Assembly (NCBI GenBank): GCA_965113315.1
Contig: OZ220363.1
DNA length: 64,000 nt
Strand: one strand, 5' to 3'
Source of the DNA: Podarcis vaucheri
Lineage: Eukaryota
The position numbers and the translations under genes were made by a program. Below are positions 50,201-60,004 of this stretch, one piece after another. The stretch's first letter is position 1; the number at the start of each line of letters is the position of its first letter. The notes under the pieces were generated by a model, which ran no database searches, was not told the DNA's origin, and worked only from the letters and a program-made list of their open reading frames with translations.

Positions 50201-53200
50201 TTCATTGTGTGTGTCGGCAGGGTTAGGGGGTGGACTGGAGCAAAAGCTAGTTAAATAATGAACTACTAGCAAGAAATGCAAGCTACTAAGAATATTAACA
50301 CATCTGTTCCTCTTATTTTCTCCCCTCTCACTCACCCCTGCTGGGGAGGTAGATGGGAGGATGACTATACTACATCCTGCCATTATTTACTCCAAGGTAG
50401 TTGCTTCCTGTATCCATGTTACCTTAGAGCAGCAGGTAGCAGACTTTGACAGAGTGAACCTGTATAATAAAAAAACAGCAGCAACAGCAACTCTAGAAGT
50501 CACCTCAAGTGTAACATTAAGACACAATAGACAGGCTCTTTTTCCTGGCAGCGTTAGTGTACGCCTTCAACCTAAAGGCAAGCAGCTCATAGGAGGAGAG
50601 TGGGCTCACTGCCACAGCAGATTACAGAAATGTAAATTTCTTGCAGAAGGATTAGGTTACACCATTGAGCTTCCCACTGATTCTTGGCTCAAGTGATGGA
50701 GCATGGTGCTTCCCTTTACTGCATGGAGGAGATGGGGCTAGCATAGCTTGCCACTCTTCATTCTTGCCCAGTATAGATAAGACATGGCAGGTCAAAGTAA
50801 ATGTATAACATGCAGCTTGGCCCTGGAAGAGGGGGTAGAAGGGCAAGAGAAAACTATTCTTTTGTATCAACCTGAAGCTCCTAGGAAGGCCTTTCTAACA
50901 CCTGGAGAACCACTGACATAAAGTTAGCAGCCGCTAACTTTTGATACCACAACCAAGATTGAAAACTCACATAGAAGTTGTGAGTTTTCTGACTGTGACA
51001 CAATGCCCCACCTCATTTGTTTTGCAGAGGACCTAAGTGTATGACCAGAGAAGGCTCTCAAGGCACAGTGGACTGCCTCAACGGAGACCACCTGGGAACC
51101 CCACATATGCTGCTCTGAGTTCTTTGGAGAAAGAGGAGGGAAGAAGTGTAATAAATGAGTCGTTATTACCCAAGCTGAAAGCCTAAAGTGCACTGGAGTC
51201 GCAGGAGTCTTGCAGGGGAAGACCGTACAGAAGAGCACATGCTACACCCAGCAGCCCTTTGCTTCCCTTTACACAACAGTCACTGGCCATGTGCTCTGCA
51301 TACACCTCCAAGTTACAACCATAACAGCAAACTTCAGCAGCTGCAATACCACCCGGACTTCCCCTTCCTTTGACCACAGTCTTCCTTACAGCAGCATTAA
51401 GTAATTCGCCACCTGCTGATGGTTAAAGCGATAGCCACATACGGTGCACATCAGCACTGTTCAATTAAGTCATAATGTGCTTTGAAGTGATCCACGAAGA
51501 CTGCCAGTTGGTGTGTTAATGGCTGCTAAAGGTGCCTTTATGGCTGCTGCCCAAGCTGTGCAATGTTAAGGGGGAAGCAAGGGGAGCTGCATTAAGATGG
51601 CCCTAATTGGAATGAATGCTGTGGCCTGTATTGCTGCATCGCACACACATATCGATGACTGCTGTAGGGCCTTTAATAACCTACTGTCCCATCTCCCCCT
51701 CCCCACCCCGTGTGTCAATAGGTTTCCCATTCCTCCTCTGCACTGTTAAGAGGTAAGAAAAAGACAGCACTAGTGACATGTTTGATGCACAAGACTTGTA
51801 AGAGATGTGAACTACTGTTTCTCGTCTTCTTCATCATCATCATCATCATCAATTTTATTTATACCCCGCCCTCCCCGGTCAAAACTGGGCTCAGAGCAGC
51901 TAACATCAAATATATAACATATTAACATAAAATCAAGCAATCAGTTAAAATACATCCTAAAATCAAATCAGAATCAAAATGAAATCCAGTCAGATGGCAA
52001 CCTGCAAATTAGGGTTGGGGACCTTAAATGCTTGCCAGCCTGTTTGTAGTGATCTTACATGAGCCTGTGAGAAAAGTTGGGGGCCACTTTCATGCAAGTT
52101 CTTATAAGGAGAGAGGGGGAGTCAGGCTGGACCCCGACCAAAGGCCTGGCGGAACAGCTCCATCTTGCAGGCCCTGCAGAAAGATGTCAGATCCCACAGG
52201 GCCCTGGTCTCTTGTGGCAGAGCATTCCACCAGGTTGGGGCCATGGCTGAAAAGGCCTTGGCTCTGGTTGAGGCCAGTCTAATCTCCTTGAGGCCCAGGA
52301 CCTCCAAGATGTTATTATTTTTGGACCATAAGTTCCTCCAACCAGGAGAGGCAATCCCATAGGTACGAGGGTCCTAGGCTGTATATGCAACCTACATTTG
52401 AAAGCCACTCACGATTATACACCTGACTCATACATCGCATTTCCGGCATAAGCTTTTTGTTGATCCAGTCCCGCACACTTTGGTAACCTATCAAAATAGT
52501 CAGTGTCATACGAAAGAAGGCAACAACAGCACCATGACTGGTGGACTGTGAGGCCCAAGTCTGGGACCCTGCACTCCTTGGGGTGTCCCACAGTCACTGG
52601 CAGATGACAGTGTGGTGGGAAACTGCAGTATTGTTAGCTCTTGGGTAGTTATTCTGAGGCTGATGTCTGTCAGTCACTGCAATTTCCCTTTTTCTTCCGC
52701 ACCAAACATCTTATTTTCCCACACTGTAGTGAAATGAAGGTGATGGGTTGTTCTGGGGGTGTTGGGAGTGGCTGAAGCTGCAGCACTTCACTGGGCAGAA
52801 CATAAAGCTGAATGTTTTTTTTGTTTTTTTTTAAGAGGTAATAATACAAGGATCCCTGTTCTTCCTTGCTATGGCCTTGTGAAGTGGGAGGAGAGGAAGA
52901 AAGTGACCAAAGCAGCAGGGGAGGAGGAGAAAGCAGGTGGAATGGCAGTGTGGGAAAGCAGGATCAGGATAGTGGCCAGGACGGCAAAGCAGAGATCCTG
53001 AACAAAGAAGCCATGTGGCAAGCGTAAGCTATGGAACTCTCTCCTCCAGGAGGCAGTGATGGCCCAATAAGTTAATCCATAGCTACTAGTCATGATGCTT
53101 TTGCCTCTGTGGTCAGAGGCGGTATGATTCTGAATACCTGTCGCTGGAAACCACAGGAGGGGAGACTGCTCTTGTGCTCAGGTCCTGCTTGTGGGTTTGG

Positions 53201-55205
53201 CCACTGTGTTCTTTTTATGTTTTTTAAGGCACTTTTTATGTTCTTATGAGAACAACGACATGGCTGCTACTCTTCACACCAGCATAGCCGACCTCTGGCA
53301 CCAGATGGTAGCCATGGTAATGGAGGAAAACACAAGATCACAACCATCCAGCATCATTTCCCCACATCAGGGAGGTGTGAAAACAGACCGCAGAGAAGGG
53401 TTGTGCATTTTAAAGAAGAGAAATGTATGAACTAAGTTATAATCATTCACTGCCTGATGTGGCAAGAGCACAATTTCTTCAGCCAGTGATGCTCCAGTTA
53501 ACTTTTTTCAGCATGCATCTCTCCAAGATATGGTGCACAATAACAACTAAACTTCTAAATCATCTGCATATTAAACATAAACCTTCCCATCCCTGGTGTC
53601 TTTTCTAAAACTCAAAGGAGTCATGAGGAGCCATTTTCAGCAGTTTTCAAAGACCTTGAAACAATGATAGTGAGAGGAGCTGGAAGGCTCCCCACGTGGC
53701 CAGGCCAGACATTTTCCAAGTAGAGGATTAACACTTCACACACCTATCAACAGGCAGAGGCATTAAGCTGAAGGAGATAACAGCATGTGCAGTCAAGAAG
53801 CACTATATCCCAAGAACAGCACAGGAAGGTTATAAACAGGCAATCCCTTAAAACCAGCTTTGGCGGGGTGGGGGAAAGAAAACGTAAGCTTGCCAAGTAG
53901 AGGATGGATTGAAGGAATGACTAATGCTCTCTAGGGGAAAAAATGAGCTTGGGAACCAAGAATGATAAGAAGAATAAACATCCCAGCATTGCAACTTAAA
54001 ATCTAACTGGCATGATGCAGATATAACCCTCTGCGACCTTAGCTATATATTGCCTCAGTGTGCTAAGCTGCATCATGGCAGAAAGCAACATTATTAAAAA
54101 GGGGGGAGTGCATTTGGGTAAGCCTACGTGCACCTCCCTTCTACCTTGGAGATCTGGTTCAAGGTACAAACCATGCGAACGCATTTCTTCACAATGGCTT
54201 TGCCATCTCAACACTTCATCTAAATTTCAAATGACTAAGCCACAGATAGCCAACATGGTGCCCTCTAGATGTTGTTGAACTACAACTGTGCCATCAGCCC
54301 CAGCTAGCTTGGCTAATGATGATAAAGGATGGGAGTTGAACACATCTGGAAGACACCACTTTGGCTACCCTTGAGCAAGACTGCCATGCAAAAATTGCCA
54401 CCATTGCATAAACAGCAGCTGCAGATATATTTAAAGCAGTGTACACTTTCCCAAAAGAATCATGGGAACTGCAGTTTACCCCTCACAGAGCTACAATTCC
54501 CAGCACCCTTAACAAACCAAAGTGGCAGGATTCTTTGTGGGGAAATAATGTACTTTAATTATACAGGGTGTGTGCAGCCATAATCCATTTTCATACCTTT
54601 AGCTTTACATCAATTGCAGTTCCCAAGAGAGAGGGAGCCATGATATATGGATGAGTGGTTGAGAAAGAAATCATACAAACCATGGTAGTATTTGTTGCCC
54701 CCGCCCCACACCATGGGAATCATGCATATCAGACAGGCGACAGGGCTTCCCTCCATACCTGTGCCATCAAACCTCATTAAAGTGTGCCCTTGGAACACAT
54801 TGAGACATTTACAAACTTCACCACTGCAGTGTGGGAAATAACTTCATAGATTTATTTATTCTTACGTTTATATTCCACCTTTCTTCCATTGTGGAACTCC
54901 AGGAAGCCTCCCAACCTGTAGGTCTCCCAGCCTGGCACTGATCTGATTCAAACCAGTTTAGCTTCCACAAGGTGGTGTTCTCATGTGCCTTCACCACATC
55001 CTGAGGTGGCAGCAACTGTTCAAATTTATCAACCCCAAATAGCATTTGTCATACATTTATCCATTACTGGTTTAACCCTCCACTTACTGGACACTCGGTA
55101 ATATTCTGACTCCACAGGCTCATATTGGAGCTGTCCTCAATGGTGGTGCAACGCTTCTGCTTCCTATCCCAGCCGCAGTATGGGTCCCTTGCTCCCAGGC
55201 ACTCA
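15499..55205 (-). CDS. SEMA5B: Semaphorin-5B, 5'-partial spliced CDS: join of 11 exons (55088-55205, 44123-44304, 39817-39960, 36038-36185, 35246-35471, 33664-33882, 32215-32385, 30776-30925, 29919-29963, 26055-26260, 15499-15654)
   Basis: Manual splicing gives one open frame of 1765 nt with GT-AG boundaries and matching phases: PSI end, 7 TSP1 repeats, TM and tail. The tail (QSQESTVIHPTTPNHLHYKG...KNEKYTPMEFKTLNKNNLIPDDR...PEASPG) matches SEMA5B, not SEMA5A. I found no further upstream exon in 55206-64000. Confidence 0.97.
17437..17604 (+). mobile_element. CR1 LINE 3' end
   Basis: ORF2 C-terminus QWSGLPQVVVDSPLLEVFKQRLDGHLS, then gggttggactag...ttccaactct and an ATTCTATG terminal repeat. 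Confidence 0.9.
20352..20466. mobile_element. Degraded hAT-type MITE
   Basis: caactccca...caaaacatctggag...gttggggaaggctg, homologous to 4954-5089. Confidence 0.55.
22300..22334 (-). mobile_element. CR1 terminal fragment
   Basis: tagaatcatagaattctagagttggaagggacc is the reverse complement of a CR1 3' tip. Confidence 0.6.
23322..23785 (-). mobile_element. tRNA-derived squamate SINE interrupted by a hAT MITE (23381-23691)
   Basis: SINE halves 23322-23380 and 23692-23785 match the family at 48252-48418. The insert has degenerate TIRs and an 8-bp TSD GTCGACAC/GTCTACAC. Confidence 0.7.
25180..25193. promoter_or_regulatory. Candidate RFX X-box (GTTGCCAAGGCAAC)
   Basis: One mismatch to the GTTGCCATGGCAAC palindrome; motif match only. 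Confidence 0.4.
26055..26260 (-). CDS. SEMA5B: SEMA5B exon, transmembrane helix and proximal tail (GFSLIHLIATGVSCFFGSSLLTFVIYVYCQRCQRQSQESTVIHPTTPNHLHYKGNTTPKNEKYTPMEFK)
   Basis: 206 nt; ctctag acceptor, AAG|gtaaga donor; hydrophobic helix. Confidence 0.96.
29173..29244. repeat. Compound microsatellite (GT)14(GA)22
   Basis: Direct reading. Confidence 0.97.
29919..29963 (-). CDS. SEMA5B: SEMA5B 45-nt stalk micro-exon (VILPASSIDESTNCG)
   Basis: Polypyrimidine tract plus tttag acceptor, GAG|gtagag donor; phase 1-1; resembles the mammalian VILPASSMEEATDCAG segment. Confidence 0.92.
30776..30925 (-). CDS. SEMA5B: SEMA5B exon, TSP1 repeat 7 (GGWSEWSEWSLCNEDGIQYRSRYCEIHNPGSSQCAGNSTQYQDCLYNEIP)
   Basis: 150 nt; not in the ORF track, read manually; ttaag acceptor, CAG|gtgggt donor. 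Confidence 0.93.
31216..32037 (-). mobile_element. Tc1-family DNA transposon, internally deleted and non-autonomous
   Basis: Inverted termini CAGGTGAAACT...AATATTGTGGAAAAGTTCATTTATTTCAG and their reverse complement at the right end, followed by TA; contains a transposase remnant. Confidence 0.92.
31292..31765 (-). pseudogene. Tc1 transposase pseudogene (HTH DNA-binding domain to first catalytic Asp)
   Basis: MGKAADLTVVQKAIIETLHKEGKPQKVIAE*VGCSQSAVSEHINGKLCGRGKCGRKRCTSSRDDRSLERIVRKRPFK...KPLLNKKQRQKRLTWAKEKKNWSVAQWSQGLFSDESNFCISFGN; premature TAA at 31673-31675; truncated after the FSDES motif. Confidence 0.9.
32038..32065. repeat. (TCTA)n microsatellite at the Tc1 end
   Basis: Direct reading. 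Confidence 0.8.
32215..32385 (-). CDS. SEMA5B: SEMA5B exon, TSP1 repeat 6 (VKGSWSCWTPWSQCSATCGGGHYQRTRTCTNPAPSNGEDICIGLHTEEALCNTHLCE)
   Basis: 171 nt; cttag acceptor, AAG|gtagc donor. Confidence 0.95.
33664..33882 (-). CDS. SEMA5B: SEMA5B exon, TSP1 repeat 5 (SLVDDLLKSGKTSIRIINGGWSFWGGWSSCSRDCELGFRTRKRTCTNPEPKNGGLPCIGSAMEYQDCNPHPCP)
   Basis: 219 nt; C-rich tract plus cag acceptor, CAG|gtaga donor. Confidence 0.95.
34355..34830 (+). mobile_element. L2 LINE ORF2 fragment (degraded)
   Basis: VVGWIRANALSLNPGKMQAL...LPALDGLALSQKEQIRSL and LLLIYKA...LGP resemble L2 reverse-transcriptase C-terminal motifs. Confidence 0.75.
35246..35471 (-). CDS. SEMA5B: SEMA5B exon, end of TSR3 plus atypical TSR4 (EYKTCSPEACPEVRRNTPWTPWMPTNITQSGARQEQRFRYTCRAQLADPHDLQFGRKKTESRFCPNDGSAVCDTD)
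   Basis: 226 nt; ctgtag acceptor, T|gtacg donor. Confidence 0.95.
35780..35895 (+). mobile_element. Sauria SINE internal fragment
   Basis: ccagaagcggtttagtcatgatggccacatgatccggaaagctgtc matches the body of the 46156 copy. Confidence 0.75.
36038..36185 (-). CDS. SEMA5B: SEMA5B exon, TSP1 repeat 3 (FCNENSPCPLPIFWSSWGPWNKCSANCGGGVHSRQRSCENGNSCPGCAV)
   Basis: 148 nt; ccag acceptor, GTG|gtacg donor. Confidence 0.95.
36385..36490. repeat. Palindromic MITE-like repeat
   Basis: Inverted arms cccactgaaatcaa / ttgatttcagtggg. Confidence 0.55.
39310..39700 (-). mobile_element. L2 LINE 3' end (degraded)
   Basis: AT-rich tail, then gtgttccacaaccagggc...gatctcagtgagtgggcaggttcatatgggagaagac typical of reverse-oriented squamate L2. 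Confidence 0.6.
39817..39960 (-). CDS. SEMA5B: SEMA5B exon, TSP1 repeat 2 (NGAWTPWSSWAPCSTSCGIGFQVRQRSCSNPAPRYGGRVCVGQSREER)
   Basis: 144 nt; gtcag acceptor, CG|gtgag donor; classic WxxWxxW-CSxSCG TSR. Confidence 0.95.
42290..42425 (-). mobile_element. Sauria SINE 5' portion
   Basis: Reverse complement contains a tRNA-like head, B box GGTTCGAATCC and ggggtgagctcccgttgct...ccaacctagca. Confidence 0.85.
42853..42996. other. Assembly gap (144 N)
   Basis: N run; left flank gctgcccagagtggctggggcaacccagtcag looks like a retroelement 3' end. Confidence 0.99.
43294..43430. mobile_element. Degraded hAT-type MITE
   Basis: gatgttgggacttcagctcccatc...gatgagtgtggcagtc homologous to the 4954 family. Confidence 0.55.
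43762..43955 (-). mobile_element. MIR-like CORE SINE
   Basis: ttttatcctcacagcaaccctaagaggtag...ggctgag...ggggatttgaac: reverse-oriented CORE domain and B box. Confidence 0.7.
44123..44304 (-). CDS. SEMA5B: SEMA5B exon, TSP1 repeat 1 (VKNLMVDGQLGAWSPWQPCEHSDGDSTGSCMCRSRLCNSPQPQCGGRDCEGARIEIANCSR)
   Basis: 182 nt; aattag acceptor, AG|gtacc donor; WxxW and RxRxC TSR motifs. Confidence 0.95.
44521..44829. mobile_element. hAT-type non-autonomous element
   Basis: Starts CAGGGCCAGCCCTACCATTA; 8-bp TSD CTCACTAC/TTCACTAC; related copy at 56248-56495. Confidence 0.7.
45186..45376. mobile_element. Charlie-like hAT MITE
   Basis: TIRs CAGGGGCAGGCAACCT / AGGTTGCTGACCCCTG; perfect 8-bp TSD CTTTTACC (45178-45185, 45377-45384). 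Confidence 0.9.
46156..46510 (+). mobile_element. Sauria SINE, full length
   Basis: GGGAC...GGTGGTGCTGTGG head, (ACCTTT)n tail, 16-bp TSD TTAAGAGGG(G/A)AATTTT at 46140-46155 and 46511-46526. Confidence 0.93.
46570..46760 (+). mobile_element. CR1-type 3' region fragment
   Basis: cagaggcagc...ctgaataccagtt...ggccactgtg...gggctcttct; related copy at about 53090-53225. Confidence 0.55.
46828..47184 (+). mobile_element. Sauria SINE, near full length (same subfamily as 8726-9082)
   Basis: A box GGTGGCGCTGTGG, B box GGTTCGAATCC, 3' gggcaggggtaccttt(ACCTTT) tail. Confidence 0.92.
47747..47865. mobile_element. hAT-type palindromic MITE (family of 4954-5089)
   Basis: Identical 16-bp TIRs; perfect 8-bp TSD ATTTATTG (47739-47746, 47866-47873). 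Confidence 0.92.
48252..48418 (-). mobile_element. tRNA-derived squamate SINE (Squam-type)
   Basis: Minus strand gccatagctcagtg...aaggtcccgggttc...catctccagg...gtagacaatac...gatggacc...ggtctgactc. Confidence 0.8.
51850..52386 (-). mobile_element. L2 LINE 3' end
   Basis: ORF2 end RLASTRAKAFSAMAPTWWNALPQETRAL...FCRACKMELFRQAF, then the 3' UTR with gggcggggtataaat and a simple-repeat tail. Confidence 0.88.
54241..54373. mobile_element. Degraded hAT-type MITE
   Basis: gatagccaacatggtgccctctagatgttg...catctggaagacaccactttggctacccttg inverted ends. Confidence 0.7.
54430..54560. repeat. Palindromic MITE-like repeat
   Basis: aagaatcatgggaactgcagttt...ctacaattcccagc...ggattcttt quasi-palindrome. 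Confidence 0.5.
55088..55205 (-). CDS. SEMA5B: SEMA5B exon, PSI domain (ECLGARDPYCGWDRKQKRCTTIEDSSNMSLWSQNITECP)
   Basis: 118 nt; acceptor cacag, donor CCA|gtaagt; plexin/semaphorin DPYCGW motif. Confidence 0.95.
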
Positions 55206-56247
55206 CTGTGTATGGGAAGAGAAAAAAATATAAGCGACGTTTCACAGATGGAAACTTAAAAAAATCAGTTACTCAAGTACAGAGCTTCTGTGCGACAGCT
55301 GTCAACTCTGCAAGGAAGGTTGATGATGAACAAAATAACAAGGTGATGACAACTCCCTCTCCCCAAGAAAATATCACTCACACAAATCAAGGATTAAAAG
55401 CCCATTTACTCTCTTCCAAGGCCCGGTAGATGACAAAGAATTGCTTTGCAAATGTAGTCAAAGAACACTTGTCCTTGCAAATAATGATGCATTCGTTCAT
55501 TCTCTTACAAAGAACCTTCTGTGACAATGTTTTCTGAAACAACTTGTAGGGGTTAGACAAGCAGAAAGAGCAAGTGGGCCAATATTAAAGGTTATTAGCT
55601 TTGGCGTTTAAAACAAGAACAACAATGGCAGCACTTTTAATCATGATCTCATGCCGCCAACCTGAAACAGACACAGTTAGTGTTACTCAGAAGTCTTTTT
55701 TGGTGGTGCTCAACAATGGATGCATTCATTTTTATGTTCATATAGTCTGCGTATGCAGTCCCTTTCTGTGATTCATTAAAGGAAAATAACTGTTAATACT
55801 TTCAAAATACAGTAAAGGTCAAAGATCAAACTCAAGGTGATTTAGGAAAGTGATGCTTCTACTCTGGAAGTATCACTTCTGACAGTGAGTAACGGAGCAC
55901 ACATGCTGCTAAACGCAACTTGCTACTTGACTTAGCTTCAGGAAATTCAGAACTTGCATTTAGCATCACTTGTGAATATACCCTTGTCTAGTTTAGCCTT
56001 TCCTTTAGGTCATTATACGTTTTCACTTACAAAACCAAAAGTGGCTAAACCAGGCCATATGAAAATAGAAACAGGGCTACACTTTAAATATGAAAAGCTG
56101 TGTGGCTTTCCTTATTTAGACTTCCTGTAAATAGGCAAGGAAGGGACTTAGGTCATACATGCAGAGAACAAAGAGTCACAGTCTAGCTTTATCTTCTGGT
56201 TATTTATCTGTAGTTCTCCCTGTGGCAGATAATCTTGTTTGTTTGAA

Positions 56248-56495
56248 CAAAGCCTGCCCTACCATTAGGCAGGGTGAGATGGCTGTCTCAGGCAGTGGAC
56301 TCTGGGAAGAATGGCTTTGAAGGATAGGGCTACAAGGGCCCCACTGTCTGTCCTGCACCATCAAAGCTGCCCTTTGGATTCTGTCCATCGTCAGTGTTTA
56401 CGTAAGATTCTGGCTGACTTCTGTTCAACAAATGCTCACCTGGGGTTGGGAAATGCCCTTGGCCTCAGGCAGCAAAATGTCTGGGGCCAGCCTTG
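56248..56495. mobile_element. hAT-type non-autonomous element (family of 44521-44829)
   Basis: Shared termini gccctaccatta...ctcaggcag and aggcagcaaaat...ggccagcc. Confidence 0.6.
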
Positions 56496-57575
56496 TATTC
56501 TCCTGCCCCTCCCCAAACGCTAAGGACAGCTCATTCTGAGAGAGAGAAAAAAAGAGGTATCCAGCTATAGACAACAGGATGTCCTTCCCTATGGATAGGA
56601 CTTTAATCCCTTCCAGCTTTCTCTGCTTATTGGAACGATGCCTCCATGTTTTGAACAGGCAGAGCTAGCCTGCTTTTCACATAGTAGGGTGTAACATGTA
56701 GCCAAAGTGAGAAACAAATGCAAATGGACATTTGAAAGGGCCTGTAACTATGTTTTTTTGGCTGATCCTTTGCAATCATGCAATCAGCTGCTTCAGTCCT
56801 TTCCCAAAGCCTCAGCAATGTCAATTAAGCCTGTGGCATTAAACCAAGGTGAGGGCGGGGGCACATCCAATTCAGGCAAAAGAAGGGAAATGAGACTTAT
56901 TCCAAGCCAAGACATCAGTATGATAAGTGAAACACCCACCCCTCCCCAAAATCAAATGAAATGAGATGTGAAGTATTCACATCCAGAAATCTTTGAAATC
57001 CCATTAGTTGGTAATCAGCTACAAATGAAAAAGCGTGTCCCTTAAGCATAGCTGAACAAAGTCGGATGCAGTACCAGCCTATACTGATTCCAAAGCAATT
57101 TGCCCCAGAGCAAACATTAGATTCCTTTCTGCTGCCAGGTGTAGGAATGGTTTTTATTATTATTTACTAGTCTCCAATCTGCTCTTCCTCCACAGAAGGA
57201 CGTCTGCCTTGTGATTTAGGCATAGGCATATGATAGCAACATCTCTCTTGGCTGTTTTAAATAAAAGATTCTGGGCGAGATGCAATGATGCTCTATTATG
57301 CTTCCCTAGAAGGGAAACTTTTAAAACAAAAACACAACTATCGGAAGAGGTGAAGAGAAACGGTAATTCTGGTGCAGCTCATACCAGACAAAACATGCCA
57401 AGAGCTAAGTCATGGTGTAGGAACACAACCATGGGAGTTGCTAGCACAAGGACACTACAGAGAAAATTGTGCAGTGCGTTTGTTTGTTTTTAATCTGACT
57501 AGAGAACAATACCTTACTGCTCTAATCCACTGAGAGGCTGCTAGCCCCTCCTCCCCCAAACTGTCAGCGGGCGTA

Positions 57576-57606
57576 AAATAAATAAATAAATAAATAAATA
57601 AATAAA
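57576..57606. repeat. (AAAT)n microsatellite
   Basis: Direct reading. Confidence 0.9.
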
Positions 57607-58174
57607 GAACAGCAGTTATTCAGAAAAGGAAACGGGGGAAGGGTTTTGTGAAGTCGTTGAGTAGACAGATGGAGGGAGGGGGGAGAGAAGCAGCTGAAAC
57701 ATATGGCCTTGGAGCTCAAGGTAGCCTGAACATTCCAGGGCAGAATTAAATGGTTCCTAGAGATGAGAAGAATGACGATCAGTGAAGGGGGGGGGAGAGA
57801 ATTCTACATCGAAGTCCCCACTTTGACCTTCAAGATTCTGAAACCAAACTCATTTGGAGTGCCTCCCATTTAAAAAGCGGAGCTGAGCACAAGATGAGCA
57901 TGAGATATATAGGATGTGTACTAAGTTATTTCCATGCAGTCCATTTTTCAAACTATTATATATTTGTTTGCAGAATTTCACATCTACTATGTTTTTAATG
58001 TTTTGGGTTTACAAAAAATAACCATTTGGGAGCAACTAAGAGACAGGAAAAAGGGATAACAACACATTTAACTACCGAAGCACCCCAAAGCAAAATCAAA
58101 TGATTCACAAACATATTCTTTTTTGCTTCCATTTTCTCCAACAAGATGTATTAACGTAGGGGGGAAGAATAGTA

Positions 58175-58306
58175 TAATGGGAAAAGCTGGGGCTCTCTGG
58201 ATGTTGTTGGACTACAACTCCCATCATCTGTGACCACTGAACAGGCTGGCTGGGGCTGATGTGAGTTGGAGTCCAATGATACATGGAAAGCTACAGGTTC
58301 CCCCCA
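58175..58306. mobile_element. Degraded hAT-type MITE
   Basis: gatgttgttggactacaactcccatcatc...gagttggagtccaa. Confidence 0.65.
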
Positions 58307-58612
58307 CCGTTCTTTTATAGAGTCAGTAGTTGTGTATTTACAAAGGCACAAGTCTGGAGTATGGAAGAACAGATGGGCCATCATGGCTGAGTGGTTAGGC
58401 TCAAACGTGTCCCAAATGGAAAGTGGCAAGGACCAACATGAAAGGCATTCTATTTGTGGTGAATGTACTGGGCTTCATATTTCGTGGCCATCAGCATGCA
58501 CAGTGCAGAAAAAGTAGGGTAGGGTGGGCAGAGAATGACAAACAACAGTAGTCCCAGCTGAAATGGCACAGTAGTTCAGAAATAACTACTGTTATTAAAA
58601 ATAAATTAATTA

Positions 58613-58871
58613 CCGTATTTTTCACTCTATAAGACGCACCAGACCACAAGACGCACCTAGTTTTTGGAGGAGGAAAACAAGGAAAAAAATATTCTGAATC
58701 TCAGAAGCCAGAACAGCAAGAGGGATCGCTGCGCAGTGAAAGCAGCGATCCCTCTTGCTGTTCTGGCTTCTGGGATAGTTGCGCAGCCTGCATTCGCTCC
58801 ATAAGACGCACACACATTTCCCCTTACTTTTTAGGAGGGAAAAAGTGAGTCTTATAGAGCAAAAAATACGG
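58613..58871. mobile_element. Tc2/pogo-like MITE with internal hairpin
   Basis: TIRs CCGTATTTTT...AAAAATACGG, TA TSDs, sub-terminal AAGACGCAC repeats. Confidence 0.88.
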
Positions 58872-59889
58872 TATTTTTAATTTACTAATTCCCAAACAAG
58901 GAAAAATATTCTTTACAAAAGCATACTCAGGTGTTAGACTTCATCATTCCTGACCACTGGGGCCATGCTAGCTGGGGCAAATGGGAATATACATCTGGAG
59001 TGCCACAGATTCCCCAACCCCTGGTGAGAAGATGCATATAAGTATCACAGCAAGCACCAACTTATTGCACAAGAGGAAATGCCTCTTACAAAATTTAACC
59101 ATATTTAAATTCAAAATGTTTTCGTATCTGGGGACTAATTAATAGCAGGCACCTTTTTAAGTCCACTGAAGTGTTTCGAATCAATTCCTCTAACTGGTTA
59201 AGCAACCCAACTTTGCAGCCTAACTCAAGGCAGACTAAAATAATTACATCTAAATCTTTGCATTATCTAAAATTAGATCATCCCAATTCAGCATTCAAGA
59301 CACAGCAAGCCAACATATCAATCCATGACTCCTGGGGCATCTCAATAACCTGGCAACAACCACATTCATGCAAGCTGTGTGCTAATCATCTTAATTTTGG
59401 ACTCATAAAAGATTCAGTTTAGGTTTCAGCCTTCCAGCTCAATGATCCATTTCTTTCCAAAATGGCCCTTGATACTGATCAGGTTCCATACTCCTTAAAC
59501 AAAATTTTCCAGGAATGAAGGCAAGATGGGGTGATTATAATTATTCATTATACTAATGTAATCTAAGGTATTTGTTTATTTCACAACAAAACACAAGCTG
59601 AATGGGTTTTTAAAAAATCGTTTCTATTTTGCCTACGCTGCATCGTTGTCAGCATTCCACAGGCTGCAATGTATCCTGCTCAGGTACAGAGACTACTTTG
59701 CTGACACTTCAACCGCATGCATTATGTCTCTAACATGGCAGCAAGGTGGGGGTAGGATTGAAGAATCTGGATAATGCACTTAATGAATTATAGCAGGTCA
59801 GTCCAAGGCCTCTGTCATTAGTTTACAACTTTAAGGGATTTGCAGGGTAAGACTGCAGGGCAAGAAACTAGGCAGGCGGTTATTTTCCT

Positions 59890-60004
59890 GCATGCATCCC
59901 AAAGAGAAGGCATCTCCACATAGGGTGGAGAGACTCCTGCCAGGAACCCTAGAGAGCCTCTGCCAATCAGTGTAGACAACGCCAAGCTAAATGGACCAAT
60001 GGTC
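59890..60004 (+). mobile_element. tRNA-derived squamate SINE fragment
   Basis: ggcatctcca...gactcctgcc...ctgccaatcagtgtagacaac...atggaccaatggtc. Confidence 0.75.

Noticed and set aside
15499-55205. Alternative identity SEMA5A or another TSP1 protein (ADGRB, UNC5, hemicentin)
   Set aside because: The PSI + 7 TSR + TM architecture and the cytoplasmic tail sequence are specific to SEMA5B
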